DNA of 64,000 nucleotides from IMG/VR virus record IMGVR_UViG_3300024272_000069, one strand, 5' to 3'. The translations under genes were made by a program, and so were the position numbers. The notes under the pieces are model-generated. The model was given only the letters and a program-made list of their open reading frames with translations, had not been told where the DNA came from and searched no databases. Of the stretch, positions 48,401 to 61,599 are shown in pieces. This DNA is from a virus. The first letter of the stretch is position 1, and each line of letters starts with the position of its first letter.

Positions 48401-51400
48401 GTTATACTCTTGGATCTAAAACTTTTACTGATGAAGCTTCTTTCTTAGCTGCATTAACTTCCGGTTCTAATGAAGAGGGTGCAGCGAAAGTTGGAGAAAC
48501 TGTTACTACGGCCGATGGTGGAAAATATACTGTTAAATATAACGAAGCACTAAAAATTAATTATTTAGTTGCCGAGGATGATGCAAGTAAATTTTTAATT
48601 AATGGTGAAAGTACAGGATATGCTTCTATCGACGAATATGTTAAAGCATAGCTAGAAGCTCAGTAGAACGCAGATGGAGAAGGCACCTCTTACGACGTAA
48701 CCACTACTCTCGGTATTGATGCCTCTTAGGCTGATAAAGAACTTGAACGGGTAAATAAAGAGTTAGATGCTTTAGATAAAAAAGCAGTATGGCCAAAAGT
48801 ATCTATTAATGATAGTACAAAGAGTGGTATTGATGCTATTAATGCAAAACTACTCGCTCTAACTCGTACTCGTTATGTAGATGTCGTTGTTCGTGAAAAG
48901 GCTGAAGAAACTCCAGAAGTTTATGGACCCGTACAACAACAACAACAATCAACTATTCCACCCGGTGGTAATTCTGGTCGATGGATTGATCAATTTATGG
49001 CTAAGGGTAATGTAGCTCTTGCCAAAGGCACCCTTATGGGAGAACTTGGTCCAGAATTATATGTTCAAAATGGTTCTTATCATATTGCCGGTTCCAATGG
49101 TCCAGAATTTGTTGATCTGGCAGATGACGCGATTGTTTTCAATCATCTACAAACTAAACGTATTTTAAACACTGGTCATTCTTTTGGACGCGGAACTCCT
49201 GTAACAAACGAGCGTCGTGCGGTTGCTTGGGCAACTGGTAATGTAACCGGTCCCGCACTCGCTGGTGGTATTGATAGTGCAATTGAACAACTTAAAACAG
49301 CTCGTGAGTTCTGGAAAGGATTACTTAACCAGCTTTCTCTTTCTGAGCTTATGTCTGGCTCTGGCGGTCACAAAGGTGGCGGTTCTGGTAACAGTATTAA
49401 AGCAGTTACTGAAGAACTACAAGAATGGTATAACCTTTCTCGCCAAATTGCTGATATTGAGCAAGATATTAACAATCTTCTTGCTGAACGTGAGAATATT
49501 GAATGGTCTAATGGTGAAGCTTATTTAAAGAGTTTGCGTGAACAACAAAAGCTTTTAAATAAGCAAATGGCTACCCAACAAGCACTTCTTGATTATCAAG
49601 AACTTCAGCTTCAACGCCAAGCAGATCATATTAATCAAAATCGTATTTGGTCTCAATTCTTAACTGTTGGCGAAGATGGATTACTTCAATATATCGAAGG
49701 TAATGAAACTAATGGTGGTAAGGGTGCCCTTCAAGTTCTACAAGAACTTAACCAAATGTCTGGTGAAGAACAAACTGCTTATTTAAAGCGTATTGGTTAT
49801 TCTTATACTAATAATGATGGTAAAAAGCTTGAGGGACAAGAACTTGTAGAGCAATTCTTCCAAGAGTTGCAAGATCAGATTGACCAGTATGATTCTCTTT
49901 ATGATACCGTTCATGGAACAGAGGAAACTCTTGAAAATCTTCGTACTCAGATTGAAGATATTAATGAATAGATTAAAGAGAACCAAATGGATCTTGAAGA
50001 GGCTGTTTTCGATATTATTGTTGAAGCTTGGGAAAAGCAAATTGAAGAAATGGAAGAGCAAGCGGACTTAATTAAGGAAGCCAACGAAGCCTATATTAAT
50101 GGTTTAAACGAGGCTCTTTCCGCGGAACGTCAGATGTATGATGATAATCAGAAAATTGCTGATCGTGAACAACTTCAACGTCAACTTTCTTTACTTCGTC
50201 GTAGTGGAGGTTCTGCTTCTGAAATTGCTGATTTAGAAGAGCAATTAAATGATATGCTAAAGGATGAATACTTTAGCAATCAAGAGCGAATGATTGAGGA
50301 TATTCAATAGGCAAATGACATTCAAGTACAACAACTTGAAACTCAAATTCGTCTATAGGAAGAGGCCCTAGAATATCAAAAAGAGAATGGTGTAATTTGG
50401 ACTCAAGTTTATGAAGTTCTTTCTAAGTCTCGTAATGAGATTCTTGCTTTTATGCAAGGTAATTCTACTGAGTTCTTTAGCCAATCCTTATTACAACAAG
50501 AGCAAATGCTTACCGATTGGGCGCATAAAATTGGTATTTATAAGGAAGATTAGAAATACCAAAATTATGCTAATCATGGACGTGAAACTCTTTGGGACAA
50601 TGGATAGGCTTGGAATCTTGGAGATATGAGTAAGTATCAGTCTACTTACAATAATCTCACTGAGGAAGAAAAAAACACAATTCGTGATCAATTTACTTCT
50701 GTTTATGCAAATGCTCGTCTTGATGGCAAGAGTCATGAGGAAGCTGCAGCATTGGCCGCGGCGGAAGTTTCTAAGACTTTGAAGCGTAAAAAAGATGCCG
50801 CGGATGCAGAAGATCATACTCCACCAACTACTGATCCAAATCCACAAAATCCTGGCGGAAATAATGACGATGATGACGATGAGGATGACGGAGGAGGAGG
50901 CTCTCAACAATAGCAATAGCAAACTAGCCCTACTCACTGGCGATTTACTTATAACGGAAAAGTCCGTAAATGCTTTAATCAGAAGTCCAGTGCGGAAAGT
51001 GCAATGAAAGAGATGTATGAGGCAGACAAGGCCGCTTTATTACGTACCGCTAGTGATCGTCAAGAAATTGATGCAGCTAATGCAACTGCACAAAGACGTT
51101 ATAATACAGCAAAAAATTCTTTAAAATCTGGTAAACACAGTTCTGGTTATCGTCATGGTGGATTAGTTGATTTTACCGGTCCTACAATGGTTCATGGTAG
51201 TACCACCAAACCAGAGGGTTTCTTAAATGCTGAATAGACTGCAATTATTAGAGAGGGTCTAGAACTATCAGGTGAACTAAGTTCGTTATCTAATTTAAGA
51301 AACTTGGTAGATGTTTTGAAGAGAAATGTAAAAAATACTGTTGGCGCTGTTAGTGAAATTAATAATATTAATATTGCTTCTGGAGCTGTTGTTGTATAGG

Positions 51401-51510
51401 TACAATAGCTTAATGATAAATATGATATTGATGATGTAGCAACAGATATCATGAATCGTATGTATGCCATTGGTAATAAATCCACTAATCGTGGAGTAAG
51501 TCGGAGGTAA
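39442..51510 (+). CDS. tape measure protein, ~4022 aa, containing many in-frame TAG sense codons (dozens)
   Basis: SD AAGGAGG; all 14 track fragments between 39631 and 51237 are in frame 1; gaps checked by hand contain only TAG; first TAA at 51508; TP901-type core (ATIMAGNRQQSRFIALVDNWERL); ELGPE motif near the C-terminus. Confidence 0.7.
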
Positions 51511-51516
51511 TTAATT

Positions 51517-53073
51517 ATGGGTATTCAAGTTACTGAATTAACCCAAGGAAAAAATTGCCACGAAAAGGAGTTCATCGACTTTGAATTCGATGGAAAACAT
51601 GTAAGTGAGTTTGGCATGGTCGCCGTCGCGGACGGCGACCGCCACTCCTTTGATGCCGCTCCAACTTTTGAAGATGAAACTTCTTAGGTGAACGGTATAG
51701 ATGGGCAATATTATTGGGGCACACATTTTGGCTCAAAAAAGATGACTTTTTCTTTGGCAACAGATGGAATGACTGAAGCACAAGTAAATGCTTTTAAATT
51801 ACATTTTAAGCCGGGTAAGTATGGTAAATTTATTGAAGATAAACTTTCTAGTCGTTATGGATATGCTCGTATTAGTTAGGTAACAACTTTTAATACTGTG
51901 CCTTTCCGCGTTGAAAAAAAGATTATGGGACAAACTATTTATATTAATGAATATAAAGGAGATTGTCGTATTACTTTTGAATTTGATGATCCTCATATGA
52001 AAGCTACTATGAATCTAATTGAAGATTTCGCAGAGGATAATGAATTAAAACTTCGTGCTATGTATACGAACGGAACTCCATATTCAGCAAGCTGGAATAG
52101 TAATAATAATTATGTTTGTTTTGTGGGTAGCAATGAAAAAATTCTAACTAAGGGTGCTGTGTCACCTTTAACCAGCGGCGGTCTGAGTAGCCAAAGTGCT
52201 CTTACTTATTATAATCCAGCAACCAGTAAAACTAAAGCTATTATTCAAATGAAATTCCAACCAACCTTTACTGCTGATGGAGAGACCACCGTATCTTTCC
52301 CAATTTATTTTCATGAAATTAGAGATGATATTAATAGCAATACTTTTCCTTATAATCGTATATTAACTACAGTTTCAGTTGATAAAGATATTGTACGTAC
52401 ATCTTGTGACTATCCAAAAGAATTTAAATATACTACCCCCAATGTGATTTAGCAAATTAATCACGCTATTGAGCTTGCGGCAAGTTTTTACATGAAATCT
52501 GCTACCGGCCCTGCGTTGGATTTTGAAGAACTTTTACGCTTAGAAATCGTTGACTCTAAAGTTATGGCTTGGGCTGCGGCGGTTTTAAGAATTATAAAAA
52601 CACGAGATGCTTTTTATAATCGTAATACTGGTAATTTTAATTCGGGAACTTTATCTGTTAATTGCTCGTCAATTGGCGCGGGAACTCAGGGATTAAATTG
52701 GTGGCAATATTTTAATGTATATATGTTATATATGTTAGCCAATTGTGCAGATCCAGAAAAATTCCATCTTGAAGGAGAAGCTGAAGGTACTTGGACTTTC
52801 AATCCTTACACAATTACTTTTAATGGAGAAGAGAATCGTACATATATGACTTATTCTTATAATAGAATTATCAATATATTAGAAAAAATTTCCGTAGCAG
52901 AAGAAAATTGTGGAGACATGATTCTTTCAGAATACCTTAACTTAGATGGAGGAGATGTACTAAATGATGATGGTACAATTGCTTCTTGTCATCATATGAA
53001 GTTTATAAAAGGTGAGGGTACTACCCACACTGCAAATTGGGTATCTTTAGTATATACACCAACTTATTTCTAA
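51517..53073 (+). CDS. distal tail protein (Dit) with a C-terminal extension (~518 aa), 3 in-frame TAG
   Basis: Directly downstream of the tape measure gene with SD GGAGG; track ORFs 51688, 51898 and 52492 share frame 1 and are separated only by TAGs (51685, 51877, 52450). Confidence 0.5.
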
Positions 53074-53091
53074 TAACATGGAGGGATAATT

Positions 53092-56000
53092 TTGAGCGTA
53101 CGTACTGTATTATCTCAAAAATCTCGCCCATACAAGATTGAAGTCTATGGACTGTAGGACGACTTTATAGGAACCCTACAGTCCTTTAATGACTCTTTTA
53201 TTGGGCAAATTGTTTCGCCAGAAATCAAATTTTCTGATGATGGCACACAAACTTTTACTTGCTCAATTCCTAAATTTTATATTGATCCTGAAACGAATTT
53301 AAAAATTGAGAATCCTCGCTGGACTGATATAAATAATGGAGTATTGGCGGAAAATACCAGAGTATTAAAAATATTTCTGGATTATGGAAATGAGATAAAG
53401 GTTTATCCCTTTATTGTGGATAAAATAACTGATAAACGAGATTCTCATTTTTCAGTTTATCGTGAAGTTGAAGCCAGTGGAATGGCCTTCGCGGAATTAG
53501 GTAAAACTGGTTATAAATTAGAATTAAATAGCCATACAATTGAATCTGTATAGGAAGAAGATATTGAGATTCTTCCTTATATAGATTTCTGGTTGGATTA
53601 TGTTTTTCCTAATGAAAAAGATGAAAACGGAAAAGTTATAAAATGGCTTACTCCTTGGTGCTATGAGATTAGAATGGACTGGTCTCATTATGCAGTAGAG
53701 GGTCGCCTTTCTAATAAAATTTATGAAGATTCTTATGTTACTTCTTGGGGAGTAAGAGATGCTTTAACTGATGAATACGGTAACATCACTACTGCTGCAG
53801 GTCTAGAGGCATAGGGAGTAGAATCTGGTGCGGAAAAAGCTCGTTATATTGATTGTGCCAATAGTAATAAATACAATATCACTCAAGATATTTCCGAAGC
53901 TTTTGAAGTATTTTGTCAATATGAATATAAGTGTGATTCACGCGGCAAGTTTATTCATGAATATGTTGACGAAAATGGTAATGTATGGACTGGCCGCAAG
54001 GCAGTATTTTACAATCGAGCAATTAAAACTGATAACCCTATTGTAATTGATTATAAGAAGAACCTTTCTACGATTACTCGTACTTGTGATAGTTCTGAAA
54101 TTTATACAAAGCTATATGTAACTCCAATTGAGTCTTCAACAATGGAGACTGGTTATATTTCTATTGCAGATACTCCTATTAATCCAACATTGGATGAGTT
54201 CATTTTAAATTTTGATTATCTTTATAATATAGGTTCTATTTCTCAATATTAGTTAAATTATGTAAAAACTTATGAAGTTGAGATACATAAATTAAATACA
54301 GAATTAATTAATTTAGCTCCATAGATTGAAGACTTAACGATTCGTATTAATAATCTTAAAGCTACAAAAACCAATGCTGAAAATGAAAAAACGTCTGCTG
54401 AACAAACCTTGTAGCAATATCAAACTTTACGAGATAGTGAGGTAACTAATACTCCAATTAGAAAAAATAAGGATAATCCAATGTCAATTATCTTTGTTGA
54501 AGATGGAGATATTAAAAAGGCGGCTTTACGTTAGATAGGTATTGCACCTGCGACAATTGTTGGTTATAGTAATTTTTCTTATAGTAAAAGAATTTTTGAT
54601 TATAATGATATTATTACTGTAAATCAATTGGGGTCTACTACTGCAAATGATACAAGTTATTATTTAGTATTAGATGAGTTTGGTTATCCAACATATATTT
54701 ATACCTCTAAAAATAATTCAGATTTTGAAGTAGATAATAGTCCAATTATTTATTTAGAATTGGAATATAGTCCTAAAAACGCTTATGTTGATATTTGTAA
54801 TCAACTAGAATAGCGTATTATAGGAAAAGCCGCTACAGTAGAAACTTTAGAAGTTTCAATCAATGATTTATAGACACAATTAGATGAATTAGAATTAGAT
54901 CAAAAAGAACTTTTAGATAAGAAAGAAATCTTAAATCAAAAGCTTGAACTTACTCTTGGTCCTGCACTTCGCGAGGGTTATTGGACTCCTGACAGTTATG
55001 AAGATCCTGGCCAAGCCCGAAAAGCTGAGTTAGTTATGGTTCCTACTGCCGCGCAAACTGGAGTGGTTTTAACTTTTGATAATACTGCTTTTGAGGGAGA
55101 AGAGTTAAATTATTATTATGCTAATATTGATGATGTAGCTAATGATAATAAAACTTATTATCCTTATATTGATATTTCTAGTATTTATGAAGATTGGTCA
55201 GATAAGAATATTGAAAATTTAACTTTACACTTTTTAAATCCAGAATGTAAATATACTGTTGGTAATAATAAAATTGCCGCAGGTAATTATTTTGTAATTT
55301 ATAATGGTCTTACAAAATATTATTTCAATATTCCGAATGACTTAACAGAAGGAACCGTTGTTGAAATTCTTATTAATGATAGTTCAAAGCCTTATATTAA
55401 AATAGGTAATACAACAATATCTACCAATGAAACAGAATTAGAGGGAGCAACAAATTTAACCTCTATTTTTGAAGGTATCGGTAATTATTTGGGTGAACGT
55501 TTAGTTTATAATAATGCCGGTTTTGTTTTTGGCTTCTTAAAAGAAAATAATATTGTTACTCCTATTTTACTTCTAAATAATTTAGATATAGAATATTCAC
55601 GTTATAAGAAAGTCTAGTATTCTTTTAATGGTAATAATCGTGGAGTAATTACTAACAATTTACGTATTGACATTCCACCTGCCAATGCAATTTTCTGTTA
55701 TCCTCGTATTATTATTTATGATTCTAATGTAAATTATGATTCAGATAATTTAAAGATAATTCCTTATACAGGAACCTTAACAGAGGAAACATAGAAGTTA
55801 GAAAAGTTTTAGGACTATACCATTTTAATAAGAGGCGGCAAGCCACATTTTACATTAAAGATTACTGAGAACAATAATTTAAATAAAATTTTAAGTTATT
55901 CTTATCATATAGAATATCAAATTTCTCGTGCCAATGAAATGCTTTATTTAGATGCTAAAAATGTTGCACGTGAAAATTCTTATCCAAAATATTCTTATAA

Positions 56001-58596
56001 ACTTAGCGTAGCTAACACTCCTGATAATATTGGTTTTTATGAACTTGGTCAACTTGTTTTTATCAACGACTATCTTATGGGCGTTTCCGCCGCGACTGGT
56101 TACATTAGTGGAATTACCTATAAATTAAGCAATCCACAAGATGACGAGATTGAAATTAAAAACTATAAAACAAAGTTTGAGGATCTTTTTAGTACCATTA
56201 CTGCTTCCAGCGAAGCAATGAGAAATAATCAAGTTGCTTACAATATTGCAGCGGGAAGCTTTAATGCTGATGGTACAATTGAAGGTTCGGTTCTACAAAA
56301 CTCTATTCTTAACAACAATATTGCAATGAATTATTCTAATACTAATGTTGCAATAGATGATGTTAATGGTATTATTCTTACCAATCAACAGCCTTATCTA
56401 AATGGTGTTTATGGCCAGGTTAAACTGATGGGCGGCGGCATATTCCTATCAAATGCTATTGATGGATCAGGTGCTCGTATTTGGAACACTGGTATTACTC
56501 CTAATGGTATTAATGCCGCGATGATTACTGCTGGTCAATTAGATGTAAATAAGATTCGTGTCTTTGCTGGCGATAATGTTGCATTTCAATGGAATAGTGA
56601 AGGTATTTTTGCTTATAAGCAAAATGAAGAAACTGGTTCTGTTGACTTAAATACCTACGTAAGATATTCTGATAGAGGTTTATAGTTTGTAAGTGGAGAG
56701 CATACTGCAGTAGATTTGGGTTGGAATGGTTTACTTATTTCTACTCAAGATGGTGCTACTCAATTAACCGGTGAGTATGGTTTAACAATTTATGATGGAG
56801 AACCAGAAAATGATGAAGAAACTGGTCTTCCACTTAATCCAGTTGTGCGTATTGGTAAGTTTGAAGAAGAAGGTTAGCCTATTGACTATGGTATGCGGCT
56901 TTATAAACAAGATCCAGAAACAAATGAATACCATGAAACGCTTATTACTTCTAATAAAGGATAGCTTTGGTTAAAAGATTACATCATTGTTGGTATTGAA
57001 GAAACTGATGATGCTGGTAATATTAATATTGCTGGGACTTCTGGAGTAACTGATGGCTTAGCAGGTGCCATACTTGATGGTGGAGATGCCAATGAAGATC
57101 CAACTGTTGATAATGTAGTGGTTTATGGTGGAGATTTTGCTGGTATTTCTGGCGAAGTTGAAGCAACAGCTGGTAAGTCCGTAAGATTTTGGGCTGGCGA
57201 TAGTTTTTCCAACCGTAGAATTGCGCCTTTTCAAGTTTGGTAGGATGGTACATTAATTGCTGATCGTGGTATTATTAGAGGTACTATTTATGCAAAAGAC
57301 GGTGAATTTTCAGGTGCTATCAATGCTGAAAGTGGTAGTATTGGTGGCTGGATAATTAATAAGGATACTGACGAAGAAACTTCTATTGAAATTGATTATT
57401 TAATGAGTGAAGATGGTAAGACCAAATTATTTGGTAATGGCGATATTCGTATTCAAGTAGGAGATAATTTTTCAATTACCGAAGATGGAAAAATTACTGC
57501 AAAATCTGGACAAATTGGTTCTTTAACTATTAGTGATATTGATGCTTTAGGTGGAGATATTACTACAAATTCTGCAATATTATCAGTTGAAGGTTTAACC
57601 ACGGTAAAACGAGGAGAAGCTGTTGATGCCAATTTTGTTGTTTCTTGTTATCGAGGAAATATTTTATTTACAGATATAGAATATTTGGATTACGATGTTT
57701 TACTATGGTAGTATAATGATGGTTCTGGTTGGAAAGATTTGTATAATACACAAATTACTTTAAATCTAAATAGAACTTATGATTATAACGAAGAATTATC
57801 ATAGTCAACTTATATACGTTGTATTTTTAAAAATGATAATGAAGAAATCATTAGTAATGAGTTATTATTAACTGCGATTACTGAAGATGAATCAAATGCC
57901 GTAATTTTTTCGATTATTACTCCAAATGGCAATATCTTAAATAGCTCTAATACTGAAGTTATTTTAATTGCTTCTTTAGTTGAAAATGGTGTTACAATAA
58001 ATGAAAATATAGAATATATTTGGGAAAAATATGATATTGAAAATAAAGAATATATTGAATTAAGTAATGAAAAAACCGATTCTTTAAGTGTAACTATAAA
58101 AGATATAGATAGTTATGGTTCATATAGATGTAAAGCTATCTATAATGATAATATATATTTAGCATATGGTTCTGTTCAAGATAGTACTGATCCGTTACAG
58201 TGTTATCTATATAGTACAATAGGTGATTAGATTTTAAATGGCGAAGGAATAGGGGCGGTTTATGCTCGTTCTTATCGAGGTAATTTAGAAGTGGGTCCTA
58301 TAAAAACGACTATTTTTACTACTTCATTAGACGAATCTTTAGAAAGTGCTTATGTTTATATTCTCGATAATGAAAATAAAACCTATAATCTTTATTTTAA
58401 TAATGATGGCGTTTGGGAATTAGCAGAGGATGATACGAGTGTAATTTATACTTATTCTTTTAGAGATAAATACGGAAATGCTACTACTTATAAAGGATAG
58501 AATTATTATATCGGACGAGTATTATATATTGATAGCGAACTTATTGAAGGTAAAATTATTATAGATGTTACTGCTGAAGAAGCTGTCATAACTTAA
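53092..58596 (+). CDS. tail-associated lysin/baseplate-fiber (Tal-position) protein, ~1834 aa, many TAG codons
   Basis: TTG start 6 nt after SD GGAGGG; track fragments 53344, 53593, 54628, 55036, 55939, 57403 and 58291 all in frame 1; TAA at 58594. Confidence 0.55.
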
Positions 58597-58613
58597 TAAG
58601 GAGGTTATACATT

Positions 58614-61586
58614 ATGGCCAAAGCTTTTAGTTCTATAACTATTACTGAAGTTAATGATGGTCAAAATGGTACAACCTTAGTTTGGAAGGGTTCCTATGCC
58701 TCAGTTGCAGATTTAATTGAGGCATAGGGATCTCCAAAAAATGGTTGGGCTTATTATGATATAGGATTAAAGGGCTCTTATATCTATCAAGATGGTTCTT
58801 GGTTTTTACTTAGTCAAGATGGTTTAGATGGAGATGGAGCAAATTAGATAGTTGATATCCGCTATAGTGATAATTTAAATGATAAACATTTTACAACCAA
58901 TGATAATGGTGAGGAAGATGGCCTCACTTTAGGAAAATATATTGGTTTTCGACTTGTTGAAAAAAAGCCTACAACTGAAGAGCTATAGGGAACTTTTGAT
59001 GATTATTCATGGAGTTCATTAGAAACAACTGTTGATTTTAATTTATCTTTTTATATAAAAACTAGTGCGCAAATAATTAATCATCAAGTCGATAAAAATA
59101 ACGTTTATGCTTGTACACCGGATGAAATAAAAATTGAGTTTTATGCCGAAGCAAATGCAGAGCGTATAGTCTTAAATAAAGATTTATATTGTTTTGATAT
59201 AAATTTTTATTATGAAGATGGTTCAATAGATAATAAATATATTAAAGAAGATTTAAGTGAAAGTACATTTGAATTATCTTTATCTAATATTAATCAAAAA
59301 ATTAATTAGATTGATATTATTTTATATGAAAAAAGGGAAAATATTGGTATAAATGAAGACGGACAAGAACAAGTAAGTATAATCCACAAAATTTAGGCAT
59401 CTTCAACTATTATTGGTATTTATGAAATGACAAAAGAATTAGCTATTTTTTAGGTGAATGCTGATTCAATTGTCTAGTCAATTGGTGAAACAAAATTAAC
59501 GTTTAGCGATAAAGGATTAACCGTTGCTAACGGTGCTTTAACAATTTTAGACAAAAATTCTGTACCAGTTTTTTATACTGTTGATGGCGATTTAGTTTTA
59601 AAAGGCACTATTTATGCTGAAAATGGTGAATTTGGTGGTTGGGTTATTAAAAAAGAATAGTTCTCTTCAAGCAATAACAAAACTATTTTTTATAGTGGAG
59701 CCGGTATGAATTATCATGGGTCTTCAGCTAGAATATTAACAGGTTTACGCGAAACTCAGGCTCTCGTTGAAGACGATGAAGAATTAAATTATTCTTTTAT
59801 TGTTACTGATAATGGTTATCTTTATTGCGCAGATGCTAATATTACCGGTGATATACATGCTATAAATGGTTCTATTTTAAATTTCTTTAAAATTGGAACA
59901 GAAGATAGTTTCCGAGGTATCACAATTTATGGTGGTAATAATGAGAACGATAGCTATATAGGTTCAAATAATTTTAGTTCTGGTACATTTGGCTATGGTT
60001 GGAATATTAGTGGTGGCGGTACAGCGGAATTTACTGATATTCGTGCAAGAGGAAAAATATCAAGTTCAGTTTTTGAATATCAAAAAACAAGTTCTATTGG
60101 TGGTAACTTATATATTACTCCTACTATTTATTTCGAACAAGCTTCTAGTCCGATTAAAACAGAGAATGGAAAATTTGTAGTTACTTTAACTCATTCCTCT
60201 TCTGATATTAAAGGTATTAGTGGCCGTGCTTGGAAAGAAAAAGATGAAATTCGTTTAGAAGGTATTGCTGTTTTAGAGTCTAATAAAAATTAGGTTATAT
60301 TAAACAATGTTGTAGGTTATATTTAGAAAATTGAAGTTATTAATAATGAAACAAATATTGAAGTTGTTTTTGAAAATGAAAAATCATTAAATGACTATAT
60401 TTTAATCGAAGGTACTCTTTTAATGTTTTATGGTGCTTGGGATGAAGCTACTTAGAAAATACAACAAAGTGGTATTTATTTAACAGCTTCTGAAGAAGCT
60501 TCTCCTTATATTGATGTTTATGATATTAGTACAGATGGAAAAGTTAAATATAGTCCTGCGGTACGATTAGGAAATCTTTCTGGAGTTCGCAATGATATTT
60601 TTGGTACGGAAACTGGATATTTAGAAGGTTTTGGTTTATATAGTTCTAATGCTTATTTAACCGGTGAATTAATTTTACCAAATGCTGGAATTACCAATCA
60701 ATAGAAGGTTGGTTATGATGGTTTAGAAAATTATACTTCTATAAACGAAGATAGTTCGAACGCTATAAGAATATGGGCTGGCGCGGAAAAACCTAAATCA
60801 GATAGTGAAATAATAGCACCTTTTATTGTTACTTAGGATGGTTCTTTATATGCTAAAAAAGGAGTCTTTTAGGGCACTGTTATAGCAGAAAACGGTTATT
60901 TTAATGGAGTTATATAGGCCGCGGGAATCATTTTAGATAAAAACACAGATTATACCTCTCCTGAAATAGGAAAAGATCACTTTTTTGTTGGTTATTCTCA
61001 AAATCCTGTTTCTTTTGATGATTATGTTTTAAATATAGGTAAAGATGGAATATCTATTTGGGAAGGTGCTCTTCGTGCTTTTAGTGATTTTGCAAGTATA
61101 AGTACAAATGAAAAATATACCCATAAAATTTATGGTTATGATAATACTTAGAAATATACTCCTCTTCCCTATTTTTTCTTAGTAGATGCTGTTCACAATA
61201 TTACGTCAGAGGGTTTATCACTTGATAATAGAGTAGTAAATTATAAAAATCATATTTTTTAGTTAGATGAAAAGTATCAATGGTCTTCGGTTCTTTTAGA
61301 TAATGGTATTTGGTTTTCTAGCGGTACAAATGAAGATTTTATTCTACAAAATAATTTAGATACATTAGAGAAAAAAGCTTATGAATCTCATGGAAAAATT
61401 GGTATTTATGAAAAAGAAAATAAACTTAATATAAGAAGTGAAGAAATAATTCTTGAAAATGAAGATATATATTTTAATGGTTATTTACACTTAAATAATA
61501 ATAGTTCTAATGATATTTCAATTAGTATCGGTAATATGCTAATTCAAGAAGTCGATAGTACTATTGAAGGAATCAATTTTATATAA
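58614..61586 (+). CDS. tail fiber/receptor-binding protein candidate (~990 aa), many TAG codons
   Basis: SD AAGGAGG; frame open except TAG to TAA 61584; Gly-rich GG/NG repeats. Confidence 0.5.
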
Positions 61587-61599
61587 AGGAGAAAAAAGG

